This document shows positions 1 to 14,145 of a stretch of DNA of 64,000 nucleotides, one piece after another. The notes under the pieces are model-generated. The model did no database searches, was not told where the DNA came from, and worked only from the letters and a program-made list of their open reading frames with translations. Source of the DNA: Protoeuglena noctilucae (lineage: Eukaryota); contig OY253675.1 of NCBI GenBank assembly GCA_958009085.1, forward strand, positions 620,001 to 684,000, in the 5' to 3' direction. How positions within the stretch are numbered: position 1 is the first letter of the stretch; each line of letters opens with the position of its first letter. The position numbers were made by a program, and so were the translations under genes.

Positions 1-3000
1 GAGGTATTTGGACAACAACACCTCGTATCCATTCCACACAGCGCTGTAATAGGGGTCCGTGGAGGGGCGGCAGTCGGCCTTGTTGAGGCGGAGGCAGGAG
101 CTGCCCTGGATGATGGCGGCTTGCTTGGGGTCCTTCATCACTGCGATTGGGGGGGAAGGGGTGTTGGGAGTGGGGGTGATGGTGGGTTGGTGGGGGTAGT
201 GTTGGGGTGGTGGTGGTGAGGGTCGTGAGGTGGGATGAGACCGTGTGTTGTCACTGCCACCGTCACTGTTACTATCACCATATTATACTTGCTAATCAAT
301 ATCATCATATCAATCACCATTACCATCCCTCACCTGACCCCGTGAGCCCCAGCGTGGCGTTGCCGTTGAGGATGGACTGCCACTGCACGGCCGCCATATC
401 TGTGAAATGGGACAGCTGCTCTTTGGAATAGACGGCCTCCGTCTTCCATCGCACAGTGCTGACCTGGTTGCCCCAGTAGCGGACCTGGGGGGGGGGAGGT
501 GGGGTGGGGGTAGGGGTGAGTGGGGGGGGAGGTGATGGGGCAGTGGGGGTTAGTGGGGGAGGGGCAGCGGGGGAGAAACGATGCACGTGGTTGGGATCGT
601 GTCGAGTGATCACTTCCCCGATGCAAGCGCACCACCACCCATCCCATCCCACCCGATCCCTGCTACTCCCCCATCTCTCGCCTGCATGAGGTAAGCGATC
701 CAATCTAAACTGCAACCCACTCCGTCATCCCTCGCCTGCATGAGGTAGGTGATTAGATCCTGCGTGCCCACCAGGTCGTGGAGGGGGCTGGTGGTGCTGC
801 GGATCTCGACATAAGATGCCATATGTAATCCCAATATGACGCCGATCAAGAGGACCATGGGGGCCAAGACCAGGGCCAACTGGGGAGGGGGAGGAGTGAG
901 AGGGGGGTTGACGGGGTGAGGTGAGGCGAAGGGTGTGGCGGTGAGAGCGGATGCATTGTCACACCAATGCCCCATCGCTGTATAGCTCCTCCCCTAAATC
1001 CCATCTGCCATTCATCTCAACTCGCCCTCCCCCCACCCCGCCCACGCTCACCTTTCGCTTGGTCCCCCTGTCTAGCTCGATCGTCCTGTCCGGCTTGCTC
1101 CACATGAGCAGGCTGCTGTGCTTCTTGCTCGCATGGGCAAAGACGTCCTCCTGAGTGGCCGCGGCATTGGCAGCATCGGACTCGGCCTCTTCTCTTGTAG
1201 CTGACAGCCTGGGAGTAAATGAGTGGGATAGTGTTTTATGTGAAAGTTGTGATAATGAACATTAACACCCCCACTCCCACTCCCACCCTCGCTGCCACCC
1301 GTGTTGCCACCCCCACTCCTACATTCACACCCACCCCCACACCCCCACCCCCATCTCCCACCCACCCCCACCACCCCATCTCTCACCTGGTCACCAGATG
1401 CCTGGGAATGGCCAGCAGGACCTGGAACAGCGCCCGGCGGTGGCCAATCAGCGGCAGGGCGTGCATCACCACCCCCACCACAAACGCGGGCACGATGACC
1501 ACAATCTGTACCAGCGCGATGATCAACGCGATCGTTTGCAATGATTTCATGTTGCTCAAAGTGGCTTGGCTGATGGAGGTGCGCATGGCGTCCAGGGAGG
1601 GGACCAGGGCAAAGGCCGTGTTGCTGCATTGGGGGGTGGGGGGGGGGGGTGAGTGGTGAGGGGTGGGTGAGTGGGATGAGTGGGGTGGCAGGGTCAGTGG
1701 TGGGTGGTGCTGGGCCAGCCATGTGCAAGTGTCGTTAATCATTACAGTCATTCACTAATAACACTAATGAGTACCAACCCCTCTCCCCCTCACCGCGTGA
1801 CGAACACGAAGGACCGGTCGCTGGCCAGGAGCGTGCGCTGGGCGTCGGTCTTGCGCAACACCAGCAGCGCCTTCTGCACCCACAGCTCTGCGGACGTGGA
1901 TAGGGATGGGTAAAGAGATAAGATAGTGGCTATGTTCTATGCATCTCTTCTGCACCCACAGCTCTGCGGGTGTTGGGTGGCTTGGGGTGGTAAAGATGGT
2001 GAGAACGTCACTTCACTCGCCCGCCTCAGCAACTGTTCTCACTCTCATCTATACACACGCCCACCCCCATCTCCACTCACCCGCCAGCCTGAGCAGCCCG
2101 TCTTGTTCTGTATAATACACCGCCGGCACCGTGTCCTTGTACCTCATGATCGTGATGCCGGGCGTCTCGTAAAGCACGTCCCGCAGATTCGACTTGATGC
2201 CCTGCAGCTTGGTTTGAACGTACTCGTTGCGACTGACTTGTTCTAGGGATAACGCGGACGATTCCATTTCGGCTTGCACGCCCGGCCAGGCGCTGACGGG
2301 GCGGCTGTGGAGGGGGTCGCCGTTGTAGGTGGCTCCGTAGACGTCGGCGTCGGTCGCGACAAAGAGAGAGAGGGCCGTGGTCTGGCCCGCCTCAAATGTG
2401 TCGGTCACGAGGGTCCTGGAGGGGGCAGTGGGATTGGTGTATTGGTATAGGTGTGTTGGTATAGGTGGGTCGCGTGGCACGTACTGCGTGTGACAAGCGC
2501 ATATGGCTGATGATTGTAATCATCACCCGTACCCCCTCGCCTGGACTTGAGCACGAGGCTCACGTACACCGCGAACAGCACCACTGATAGTACCAAAATT
2601 CATAACAATAATAACCATAATAGTCATAATAACAATAAGAACAATAACAATACTAACGTCACACCCCCCAACACTCGCCTGGACTTGAGCACGAGGCTGA
2701 CGTAGACGGCGAACAGCACCACGTGCAGTGCCGCGGTAACCAACACAATCACGGGCGTCCTCGCCCCCACCACATTGGCGAACCGCCACGCCTCGGAGTT
2801 TTCTAACAGTGTCCGCAATCGCCGGTGTCGCTTGGCCTTGCGTATCTGGACGCTCAGATCGACGCGGCCGGTGTTGGGGGAGGGGTCGTCGGGGTCGGGC
2901 TCGTCGTCGTCTTGGGTGGGAGCGGTTGGGTCGGGCTGGGGGGAGAGGGGAGTGGGGGTGGGGGGGTGGGGTTGGCAGTGAGGGTGGCAGTGGGGGTGTC

Positions 3001-6000
3001 GGGCTGTGGGGAGAGGGGAGTGGGGGTGGGGGGGTGGCAGTGGGGGTGGGAGTGGGGATGGTGGGGTGGGGGTTGTGGGGTGGGAGTGGGGTGGGGTTAG
3101 CATTATCGTTGTTTTGGGCCGTGGGGGTGGGGTCGGGCTGGGGAGAAAGGGTGGGGTGGGGGTTGTGGGGTGATGTGGGGGTGGAGATGGGAAGCATGGC
3201 AACGCTGCCTGTGCTTGTGTGTTGATCAGATGCTGTGACCAGCAGCAATTAATATGCAAACACGCCCAGGCTGTCCACAAGCATCCCCCACTGCCCCTCT
3301 CCACCCCCACTCATCCCACCCCTCACCTGCCGCTTCCCGTCCCCCCCCTCTGCTTTGTCCGTCCCCTTCTTCCCCACCACCTTGCCCTTCCCCGCAGTCC
3401 CAGCCTTGTTGTCCTTTTCCTTCTCTTTGGATTTCTCCTCCTCCCCGAACTTCTGCGGATGGAAATTGTGACGAAACAATTAAGTTGGTTAATAAGAAGC
3501 AGTATTAATTATAAACAGCAATCTGTACCAAAAGACAGCTAATCAACAAACAAACATCGACAACCCATCACTCATCGCCAACCCCACAAATCAATCAACC
3601 AACAACAAATCAACATTATCATTCATCGCCTCTTCACCATCTCACCACATGCGACGCGAACCCCACGCTCTTCTTCCTCTCCCCCTTCCCCACCCCGCCC
3701 CCCGCCGCCGCCGCTGCCACCGCCTCTGCCAGCTCCTCCCTCTGTGAGGCCACCTCTCCCCCCATCAACATCTCCAGTCGCTTCAATCCTTCGATTGAAT
3801 TAGCGGGTTCTTCTAACAAGCCCTGCACCAGCAGCTCGTAGCACGTCTGGCCGCCGATTTGTGCTGTGCCGCCGGACACGGAGACTGGGGGCAGAGGGGT
3901 ATAGGTGCATGACTGGTAATGTGTTGCTGTGTTTTACTTCTGTCTACCTATCGATTGTCCTTCCATCACCCTCGCTGCCGCCCCCACTGCTCACGTCCCC
4001 TTGCACACCCACCACCACCCGCATCATCACCCCCATTGTCAACCCCTGACCTCACCTTCCCTCACACCACTTTAAACACGCCAATATCACCTCCACCATC
4101 ACTCTCACCATCAACCCCCCCCCCCCCCCCCCCTCACCCTTCAGCAGCGACCCGTCGCTGTGCAGCGCGTCGATGGCAATGCGCTGCTCCTTGCGATCAA
4201 TCCTCTGCAACAGGCTCTCAGCGGCCGGGATCATCGATGACAGGGGAGTGCCCACCACGCTGGCAGACTTGCGGCCCAGCAATATCTGCGGGGGTTTTGG
4301 GGTTTGGGGTGGGTGTGGAGGGAGTGGTGGGGTGAGTGGTGGGGTGAGCGGGTGAGTGGTGGGGTTGAGTTACGCTGCAGATGCTTTTTGCAGCATTACT
4401 GTAACGGTACCTATCGCATCAACAATGCGCACGCACAGTCTCATCTCTTACACCGAGCCATCACATCCCCACCCGCTCTACTCACCTCGCAGTTCCGGTC
4501 CAGCACCCTTGCAGTCCCACCCATCTCTCTCATCCCTACTCATCACATCTCTCCCATCCCACCCTCATCTCCCTCACCTCGCAGTTCCTGTCCAGCACCC
4601 TGACCGTCCCGTCCCTCCCCACGCCCACATGCCCGTTCACCCAATTCGCGCTCCACACCCGCACGCAGCACCCGCCCTCCTCCGCCCCCCGTTTCAAAAG
4701 ACCAGGGTCCACGTCTCCCTGCCTGGTCAGCTCGGGAATATTCAACGGCGATCGGGAAAGGGATTCCACCGCAAATCGAATTGGGACATAGTCGGGGACC
4801 GATCCGGTTTTTGAAGCGCAAATGAAAGAACCTCGGATGGATGTCAGTGTCTCGTTTTGGAATTCCTTGGCGAGGTTGGCGAGGGTGTTGGCCAGGAGGT
4901 CCTTGGGTTTGGCCTTGCTGTAGAGCTGCGGGGGGTGGAGTGGGTTGGGGTGGGTGGGACGTTGTGGCTCTGAAATGAGTGATGCTAACATCGCTATGAG
5001 CCATGTTACGAATAAGACAAGGCATTTGATTGTCATAAATATATAATCATCTCTCCTTCTCACCTGCCCGTTCTGCACGAGCGTCTGGAACACATCCACG
5101 CAGTCGCTGAGCAGCCGCCCCCGCATGCCCGAGGCATCGATGCCAAACACATCGCCCGGCAATGCCGACCGACTGAACCCCAGCCCGCCCCCCACGCCCG
5201 CAATCACCCCCTCCCCCGTCACCACCATCTGCAGACACGTGCAGCTCTCTAACAGACCCTCCACGCCGTTCACACCCCAAGGGGCCAGCTCCGGCGGCAC
5301 CGGCACGCCATGTGCTTGCACCACCACGCTCATCGTAGCCCCAATGCGCTGCGGCCACCACTGCAGCCTAGCCGAGACTTGCTGGTGGCTCCGGCCTTGT
5401 AACAAGACTGGGTGGCTGTGGTAGCAGGGGATGTGGGGGTGCGGCTGCTCTCCGGATAACACGGACGCCTTCAGCATGCCCAGGTGGAACTGCGGGGGGT
5501 GTTGGGGGGGGGGAGGGGTTGTAATGTTTAAAATATTTGCATTATTAGTTTTGTAAGTATATATTATAAATTTGACACAAAATTATGACAAAGTACTTGA
5601 TTTATCAGGTTAATGAGTCAATTATCAAGCATTTGATGTATTTTGTCATATCAAATACACCCTCCCCCACCCCCCTCGCCTGTGAGTATGGCTTGGGAAG
5701 CATGCTCTCCAGCGTCAGTTTGCGCGTGTCGTTGGCCGCCTCCCCGTAACCCAGCATCTTCTGCGAGAGTGAAAGTGACAAATACAGATAGATGAATGGA
5801 GAATACTTGTGAGAGACTACTAGTGACTACTAGTTACTAGTAGTAACAGCCACTCTCAACAACACCCACTCGCACGTCATCCCACCCCACTCCCACCCCC
5901 CCTCACCAGCATAGGGTAGTTGGTGTACTGCGTCTTTCCCTGGAGATCGAAGACGGCGATGCCGCCGATCGAATTCAAAACCTCGAAGTCCACCTCCACC

Positions 6001-9000
6001 ATCCGACCCTCGCCAATGCCCACCAGGCGCACTGCGGGGATGAGCATGGCTATGTTAATTGGGATACGGGTATTTGAGCAGCTGGAGCATAGAATTGGGG
6101 TAATAATACCTGGAGCGCAGCAAAACACCATCCCTTGCCGCTGGCTGCATGTTGAGCAGCAACCGGTTGCGCAAACGTGCAGCTGCAAACACTCTCTCCC
6201 CAATCACACTCCCATCCTCAGCAAGCCCCCCTTCCCATCATCACCTCTCGCTTTCACCCGCATGGCGTCCCTCTGTCATTCCACCCCCATCACACATTCA
6301 TTCCCATCTCCCCCACCTTTCGCCTTGACCCGCATGGCGTCCCTCCCGAACCGATGCTTGATGCGCCACTCCAGCGTCGCCACGTGCCCCTCCCCCTCCT
6401 CCCCGCCCCCCTGCATCATCCCATCCCCCTCCATCCCCATCCCCATGCCCCCGTCGCCACCCTCCCCGCACTCCCCGTCATCCTCGGCCTCTTGTTGCAA
6501 TGTCGCCACTGCCTCCGCCAATGTCTCCTCCAATTGATGGCCGGGGGCCGCGATCGACTGCACCGTCTGGCCCTGAAGCACGCTCGTCGTGAATCCTGGG
6601 GTCAGGGGGGGGTGGGTTAAAAAGGGTGAGATAGGGAAACGATTCCTGGCGACGAGTGTCGCCCCTAGCAAAGTGCAACCAGTCCATGCAGATAGTGACT
6701 GAGAGTACCCCACTCTTTGCCCCTACCCTCACCCACAACATCAATAGACAATCATCACTCACAATAACAATCCCACTCCCACTCTCCGCCCCTCTGCCCT
6801 CACCCATAGTTACATGCAGTTATCACCCACTCTCTGCCCCTCTCCCCTCACCGGTCGTGGACCCAAACGCGGCATTGACGGCGATGAAGGCCCCCTCTGT
6901 CCCCAGCCACGCCACCGCACGGCTCGAGGGGCCGCCTGAAGGGTGGAGGAGAGTAGCAAGGGTTGTTATGCAAGGAGCACAGAGCACGAAGCACACAGCA
7001 CGATGCACAGTGCAGGCATGGTGCGGATGTCAGGTCGTCTCCACCTATACCCTTGCTCGATGCGCGATGAGCACACTATATAACATCGATAGCATAGTTA
7101 CAATATCATCAATAATGACACAGTCACTGACTAACTAACAATGACACACTCACTTCCGTCGTCCTCCTCGACCGGGTGCATGATCCCGATGAACAGCGTG
7201 CCCTGCGAGCTCTGCCCGATCCTCGTCACCCGCAGCTGCATACTCAAGATGCTCTTGTCCTTGCGAACCGCCAACACTTTTGTTGTTCTCAATAGCATGC
7301 GACCGGTGCCCGTGGCCTTGCATGCGCGCAGGTAGCCGTTGTGGCGGGCGCTGAAGGGTGCAGGCATCAACACGCTCACGTTGATGCCGTCCAGCTCGCC
7401 GGCCTTGTAGCCGAGAACGGAGTTGAGCACTGGGAGAGAGGGTGTGGGTGGGTGTGGGTGTGGGTGTGGGTGGGAGTAGCAGTGTGGGTGTGGGTGTGGG
7501 TGCAAGCAAGTGCATTATCGTTTCCCACTCACCCTTGTTGGTCATCTGGATGATCCCAGTGTCGTTGATGCACACGACGGCGTCGGCCGTATCATCCACC
7601 ATCTCCGAGAGATCGATGCCGCCGTTGGCCATCGCGCTCGACAGCAGCTGCTCCCTCTTGCGTTCCTCCTGGATGTCCTCGATCTTGTCCGCCTCGTTGT
7701 AGAGGCGCATGGCGCGGTGGGGGTCGCACGTCACCTCCTCCCTGAGAGGACAAGTCACACGGGTGAAACAATGATAATTAGAAATTATGATGTTAATGAT
7801 AATCAGCATCGTGTATCGGTACTATTGCAATGGTGAAGAAGAGAAAACGTGGGAAGCTGCGTGCCAGCAGCTTCTCATGTCCAGCGACGCTACAGGTACC
7901 AAGAGCCACTCACGTGAATCTCCCGAAGGATCTTAGGAGCTTGACGTTGTTGGGGTAGCGGGAGACGAGGTTCTTGAAGACGCGGTTGGTGGAGCTCTCG
8001 AACAGGTCGATGTTCCTGCGATGGGGTGAGATGGGAAAGCGAATAGTGAATATGCGTAAGCATCCAAGCAAGAAGGTCCGAGGGCGGTGGAGAGTGTAGA
8101 GTTAGGTGGACATGTTGCAGAAGGGGGAATGAGGGCAGGGAACGTGACGTTACATGCGGAGGTGCACCACAGCACGTTTGGTGCCGCTTGGCCTGGTCAA
8201 ATCACGTCACGTCACGTCGTGCGTCACCTGACGGCGTCGGAGATGGCCTTGAAGGAAATCTCTTTCCGCAACAGGAGCTTCCAGAACTTGCTGGCCGCCC
8301 GCATGGCCACCACGTGACTGTTCTCAGCACCCTTCAACGCTTGCTGGAACTCCGCCAGCGATGTCATGTCCATGGCGCCATCTGCGTGCGAGGAAGAGGC
8401 ATTGGATCGATGATACTAATAACGTCTATTAGAGGTCGTCTGTTAGTGGTAACTTTGTGTCACTTGCATGGCACTCCGCACCGACTCGCGGACACACGAA
8501 CCCTTCCCATAACGCCCCATCGCGTGCAACGCATGCACCCAGCTTCGCTTCGCTCACCGGACCCGAGGTTCTTGCTCTGCACGATGGCCTTGTTGTCCCG
8601 GTCGACCACGAACGTCATGTACCGCGTGCTGAGGCCCGAGGGGATCTTGGCCGCGCGGAGGAGCTGAGCAGACGCAGCCGTGTAGTCCTTGCGAACGAAC
8701 CTGCGAGACGAGGAGGGACGCCAGGGATGGACAGAAGCGACGCGATGTGATGGATCAAGACTGCGGTGTCGGTGAGAAAGGCCGCTCGCCTGAGGTAGTT
8801 GGCGTACTGCAGCACGAGCAGGACGTTGTCCGGGAAGGCCGCCATGCCGTTCTTCAGAATCGACTCTCCCAGCGCCTGGCTGGCGGGGACGTAGTTGCCG
8901 AAGACGTCCTGGTCGCGCACCAAGCGGCTGCAAATCTGCGGGCGGGTGCGGCACGGGGCGGCTTTTGGTTCTGACCTGCAGACGAGCGTCGCTTAAAACA

Positions 9001-11247
9001 CCGCAGCTGCGCGTCCGCGCAGTGCAGGAGTACATAAAAAAAGCTGCAGCGGGCACCGGGGCGGTGCAGCGGAGAGTGCTTGCGGCTGTCGAGCCCGCAG
9101 CACGGGCGCACCCTCAACAGGCGCAGAGGCGAGCCCGGCGGGCGATACGGACGCGACAAGTACCTAATCGATACACATATATTATGCCATAAATACCAAC
9201 GACTCACCTCGAGGAGGGCGGGCCTGACCCCCTGGACGGCCAGCTGCCCATCGGGGCTCTCCCCCGCCTCCTCCAGGCCATTCAAAAACCCATCCTTGAG
9301 CAGCTTGGACTGCGATCGGGGAACGATGTTTAGCTTACAAATTCGTGCGCTTGAGGCACCATTCACGACGGCCCTTTTGTGATCCATCGCTAGCACCGCG
9401 TCTCGCCTGGTAACGGAGCCACACATAGCCGCCGGCGAAGGCGACGGGGATGCCGACGATCATGGCAATCGTGATGCCGGTGCTCGGCGTCTGCACCAGG
9501 CCCATGACAAAGACCATGAGCCCCGCCCACATCAGCGACGATAGCAGCGCCACGCATCCCGCATTGACGTGGGTGCGGTAGTAGCGGTGGCCCCTCCAGA
9601 GGTCCCAGACGGCCTTGCAGCCCAGGACCACCGTGGTGATGCCGACCATGTACCCCTGCTCGCGCCATATGATCATGCACACGACCATGGCGGACGAGAC
9701 GACCATCCACGCCGTCGCGCCCTGGTTGCTGCAAACAGGACCCAAAGAAGAACAGGGATTCTGGCAAGTACTATACAATCGCAGTTGCAACAGGACCGAC
9801 CCTACGCTCGCGGCAACGGCAGGGAGCCGTGCTGACAACATGGCAAGCGAGAGAGGCAGTGCGGTGCAGCGTGTCTTGTTCACGTGCCTTGGGGCGGCGA
9901 GGAGCCTGGTGGAGAGAATGTTGGGGTCAAAATCCGCGAGGCTGTTTCCGATAGCGAGCAGCATGACTGCCGCCAGCGCGATGATGGACACGAGGGACAG
10001 GATCGCACCGGACCCTGCAGGCGGCGACGCAGGGGAGCCAGTGAGTCGTGCGCCCAGGCGAGGCTCAGCGCGACGTGGCAGAGGGAGCGCATCGGGGCGT
10101 GACGTGAGTGGCGCCAGCAAAAGCGCACGTGCGCATGCGATATGCCACGGTGCAATCACATGCCACCTCGCCTGTGTAGCACTGCTTGTCCGGGAAAATT
10201 TTGTTGGTGGCGGGCACGTCCCTCGTGTGTGCGTGGATGACGTTGCACGCCAGGGGAGACAGCAGCACGACCAGCACGGGCAGGTAGAGGACCTCGAGCA
10301 TCACCGACCTGCGACATGGTCATGAGAGAAAAAGAGAAATGAGAGATTGAGCTGAAAAGATGCGAGTTAGTCACAATATAGCAGTGGCAACGTGCTATGG
10401 GCGACGCCACCAGTACCACAGCACAATTCCGATCACCGAGAGCTGCCAGCCGCCCTCGGCGACCGACCCTCTCAGGCCTTCACCTGAGCAGTACGGTGAC
10501 GTGCACTGCGGCTGCCCAAGGGCGCTTCTGCTTGGAGTGGACGAGCGCCTGCAGGCCCACGAGGGCCACCAGGGCGCAAATCACGCCAGCACAGGCGTAC
10601 ACGATCGCAGTGAAGATGCTGCGCGCGGAGAGGAGTTGCTCTTGCGGCGTGACATCCATGAATCCATGCCGCTTGAATCCTTGCCAGCCGGGCTTTCCCA
10701 AGCGCTCACTGACCTGTACCCAAGCTGGCGCTCGATGTGCGTGATGTCTGTCCACGCCAGCACTCCCATCCAACCTCCCTCATAGGCCCAGTGGAACTGC
10801 GTGGTCGGGATAGAACGAGTTTTCGCGCATCATCGCGCCTTGGGAGGACGAAATTCACGCTTTAGCCCAGGCAGACGTACCTGTGGGCCCAGCAGGAGCC
10901 CCAGCAGGACCAGGTAAGGGAAGACAAGCGCCACGATCGCATACTGCGCGCATACGTGACGTTGAGGGATGCGTTAGGTGCTTGTTGAGATCGTCTCGAG
11001 CCGCAACGACACGCTCTTTGCGCCACGACCTCGCCTTCCAGCTCGCCGAGTACCGGACCGCGCTCGTCGTGTAGAGGAGACGGAACAGAGTGTCCTGCAG
11101 GCCGCCGTCCTTGATCAAAAGGCCGCCCGCGCCGTCCACGCGCCGGAAAGCCTTGATATCCCCGGTGGCGTCTGCCGTAGCGTCCGTCAGGGCCGCTGAG
11201 CCCGAAAACGAGTGGCCCGAGGAGCTGGGCCTCGTGCTCCCCTCCAT
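1..11247 (-). CDS. Tiny macrocysts B (TmcB/TmcC)-like multi-pass membrane protein with several PAS domains; multi-exon, 3' end runs off the window
   Basis: Spliced exons give an N-terminal multi-TM block (YAIVALVFPYLVLLGLLLG, MLEVLYLPVLVVLLSPLAC, GCVALLSSLMWAGLMVFV), a helical linker (AFPDNVLLVLQYANYL; RAMRLYNEADKIED), a clear PAS (VDDTADAVVCINDTGIIQMTNK|VLNSVLGYKAGELDGINVSVLMPAPFSARHNGYL, 7140-7610), further PAS-like units at ~6900, ~5930, ~5200 and ~4600, and C-terminal TM segments. ATG at 11247. Confidence 0.85.
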
Positions 11248-11878
11248 ACCCCCACCTCCTGACAGACGATGGGGGTCTCCCAAACTTTAAAACTGTGCAG
11301 GGACCACCTGACTAAGCTGCTCGCAACAATCCTGCGAGCCACGGAAGGAGCGGCATGATACAGGGCACGATTTGCGACGGGACCGCCACGGAGGATGCTG
11401 CGGTGGTCGCGGGGGTGCTGGTCCAGGCGTGATTGCGCGAGAGCTCCGCTGTCGAAACACCCAACGAAGCAACGGACACGTCTCGGCGTCGAGATGGAGT
11501 CGAATCGCGGGCCGGCCGCGGTCGCGGGTGTGGAGTGTCCGCACGAGTGGCGGAGTCAACGCGACAAGCGTCGACATGCCACCCTCGCGCCAACACGTCT
11601 CTGAAACGAGGCTTCTGGGCAATTCATTAGCAAAGGAAAAAGGGCACCAAACCAGGCCCAGTCTCGTCCACGAGCGGCGGAGTTCGCGCGGATTGGGGTC
11701 CAGAGCTCAGCAATTGGACACCCTGCGGCCCCACGCTCACCTGGAGACACACGTTTGAAGGAATATTTGTCGGGAAGTGGCTCGCAAGCGCTCGAGCGGC
11801 GCAGGCATGCATGAAGCTGACAGCCTACAAAAGTCAAGACCAGAAACACTGCTCACGTGTCCCGTAACTTCCCAAGTT

Positions 11879-13239
11879 TCAAGCCCTGAACACCACACTA
11901 CCCTCCCACCGCATCAGAGCACGACATCCTCGCCCCAGCCATCCTCGTCCGGCTCCTCCATTGTAGCCTCCTCCAACCCCGCCACCAAAGGCTCCTGGCC
12001 ATCCCATTCCTCTCTCTGCGCACCTTCTGAGTCCCCAACCAGCGACGCCGCTCCACCCAGACGCGTGAACACGTCGGCAGGGTCTGCAGAGGAAGGGGCG
12101 TGGCCGCAATAGGCGAGAGCAGACCTTCCCCATGCCCGCAACGCAGTCCCTCCATCTCGACACTGGACTCTTGCTCGTCCCGTTTCACCCACCTGGCCCG
12201 TCCAGCTCCTGGCTCCCCACGCGGGCCACGTCGGGCGAGTAGCGCAGCACGTCCCGCCGACCCTGACCCCCGTTCCCGCCGCGGGACTTGACGGGCGGCG
12301 ACCCCGCAAGCTCCCCATCCTCCATCTCCCCGCCCTGCGCCTGCCGCTGCCCCGTGTGGTGTGCTGCGTGCCCACCACCACCACCACCACCGTACGGGTC
12401 TCGCTCGGCGTCCCGCACCTGCCGGCGCTCTGCAGGCGCGCATGGTCCATCATACATTGCAAAGCTGCGCAAGGATGGCCGACGGACCCCACACAGCACC
12501 ACATGCCCACATGGTAGCTGGGCAATCCCGGCTGGGGTGGGTCAGGGTGGGGGAGCGCATCTCACCTCCCTCCCCGCCCCGCCGAGCCGCGCCGTCGCCA
12601 CCCGCAGCCCCGCCCCGCCGCCCCCGCTCGCCTCCACGCGGCGCGCCTCGGCCCCTGCTCCCGCCTTCCCGCCCAGCGTCCCTGCCCCCGACCCTCCCCT
12701 GCCGGTGCGCTCGCACCCGCTTCTCCTCACGACCACGCTCGTCCCCGTCGCCCGCCCGCTCCCCTGCCCCGTCCTCGCGCCGCCTCTTCTCGCCCGCGCC
12801 GCCCTCGCGACGGCCCCCGCTTTTTCGCTCCCAGCCGTGGAGCTGCTTGCGCCACACCCGCAAAAGACCATCGAACTTCCGCTTGCTCATCTTGAGCGTC
12901 ACGTCCGGCGTCCGCGGGTCCCGCGCACCGCGCTTCTCTTTTGGCATCTGTGGAACCCGATACACAGCCTGTGAGAGTCCGCGCGTTGCTTTCCGGCCCC
13001 AGCGTGCATGGCATAGGGACGGTTGGGCCAGCCGTGGAATTTAAGCCAGCCCTCACGAGCTCGATGTAGCGGGCGTACTCGGGTGTATTGTATCCGATGT
13101 TCACTTGCTTCTGCCGCTGGCTGATGCGGTGCGGATCCAACTCCACGCCGTCCTCCCCCGCCGAACCGGGACCGCCCCCTGCAGCGGAAGGGCGACGACC
13201 TCGCGGCTCAAGGGGCCGCGGTTGCGACGACGTTTCCAT
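11879..13239 (-). CDS. SLBP: Histone RNA hairpin (stem-loop)-binding protein
   Basis: ELDPHRISQRQKQVNIGYNTPEYARYIEL|MPKEKRGARDPRTPDVTLKMSKRKFDGLLRVWRKQLHGW matches the SLBP RNA-binding domain, including the TP and S.R.FDG...WR..LH.W motifs. Start and final exon are uncertain. Confidence 0.88.
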
Positions 13240-14145
13240 CTATCTGTCGACACGGTGGCGCGCTCCGAACGGCACGGCCGCCTCGCGGGCAGGGGCCCTG
13301 AAAGTGCGCGGCCCGCGCCACGCGCACCTTCCTCTTCCCCATCGAAGCGGAACTCGTCCGTCGTGTCTATTGGGTACCCCTCCACCATGGCCACCGTCAA
13401 TGCACGTAGGCTCCCCCGGAGAGCGGCACTTTTCTTTCCCGCTTCTTGCTGAAAACTCCTGTCGCGCCCGGATCAGCAAGCGGCGATCTCCAAGACCATG
13501 ACACGGGCCAACACTGAGAGTTGTTGAGCCCAGCAGCCCGCGATGGCGCCCCAGACGCGCCAGGAGTTCTGCTGACGCTCGTGTTCTTGCCAAATCTTTC
13601 GTATTCGAGACAGAACTAAGCCCCAGCACCCTGCAGGCTTTCACACCTGACCCACCCAGCGACTCAGTCGGATCGCCGGCCGCCATCGCTGTCCCAGCCA
13701 TCGTCGCTTGCTGCCCCAGTGACGGGGCACACGTTCGGACCCGGCACTCTCAGGCGTGGCCGCGAAACGCGCCGCTCTGCCCTCTTGCCGAGCACCGTGA
13801 ACGTCCACTTCCCCGCGCTAACACTCGTCTCGCCATCATCATCGGGAGGACTGCAGACGCTGAGCCGACGCTAATTGCTCGGTCGCGCGCGCTGCGCCGC
13901 CGCGAATGGTGAGATGCGTTTCTCAGGTCACTCTTCGCCGCATCCTCATCGCGCCGCTCTGATCGGGCCACCCTGCGTGCGCTCCGGCGCGACGCCCCAC
14001 CGTCCCGCTCGCCTTGTGTCGATCAATCGCCTCTCGGGCCCCGCACCTGCGCTGCGCCTGACCGCCCGCTGCGCCTTCCGCATCTTCGCAGAGCGGCCCG
14101 CCCGGTTTCCCGCCCTACGGCCAGGGATGGGCCGGCGGGCACCCG

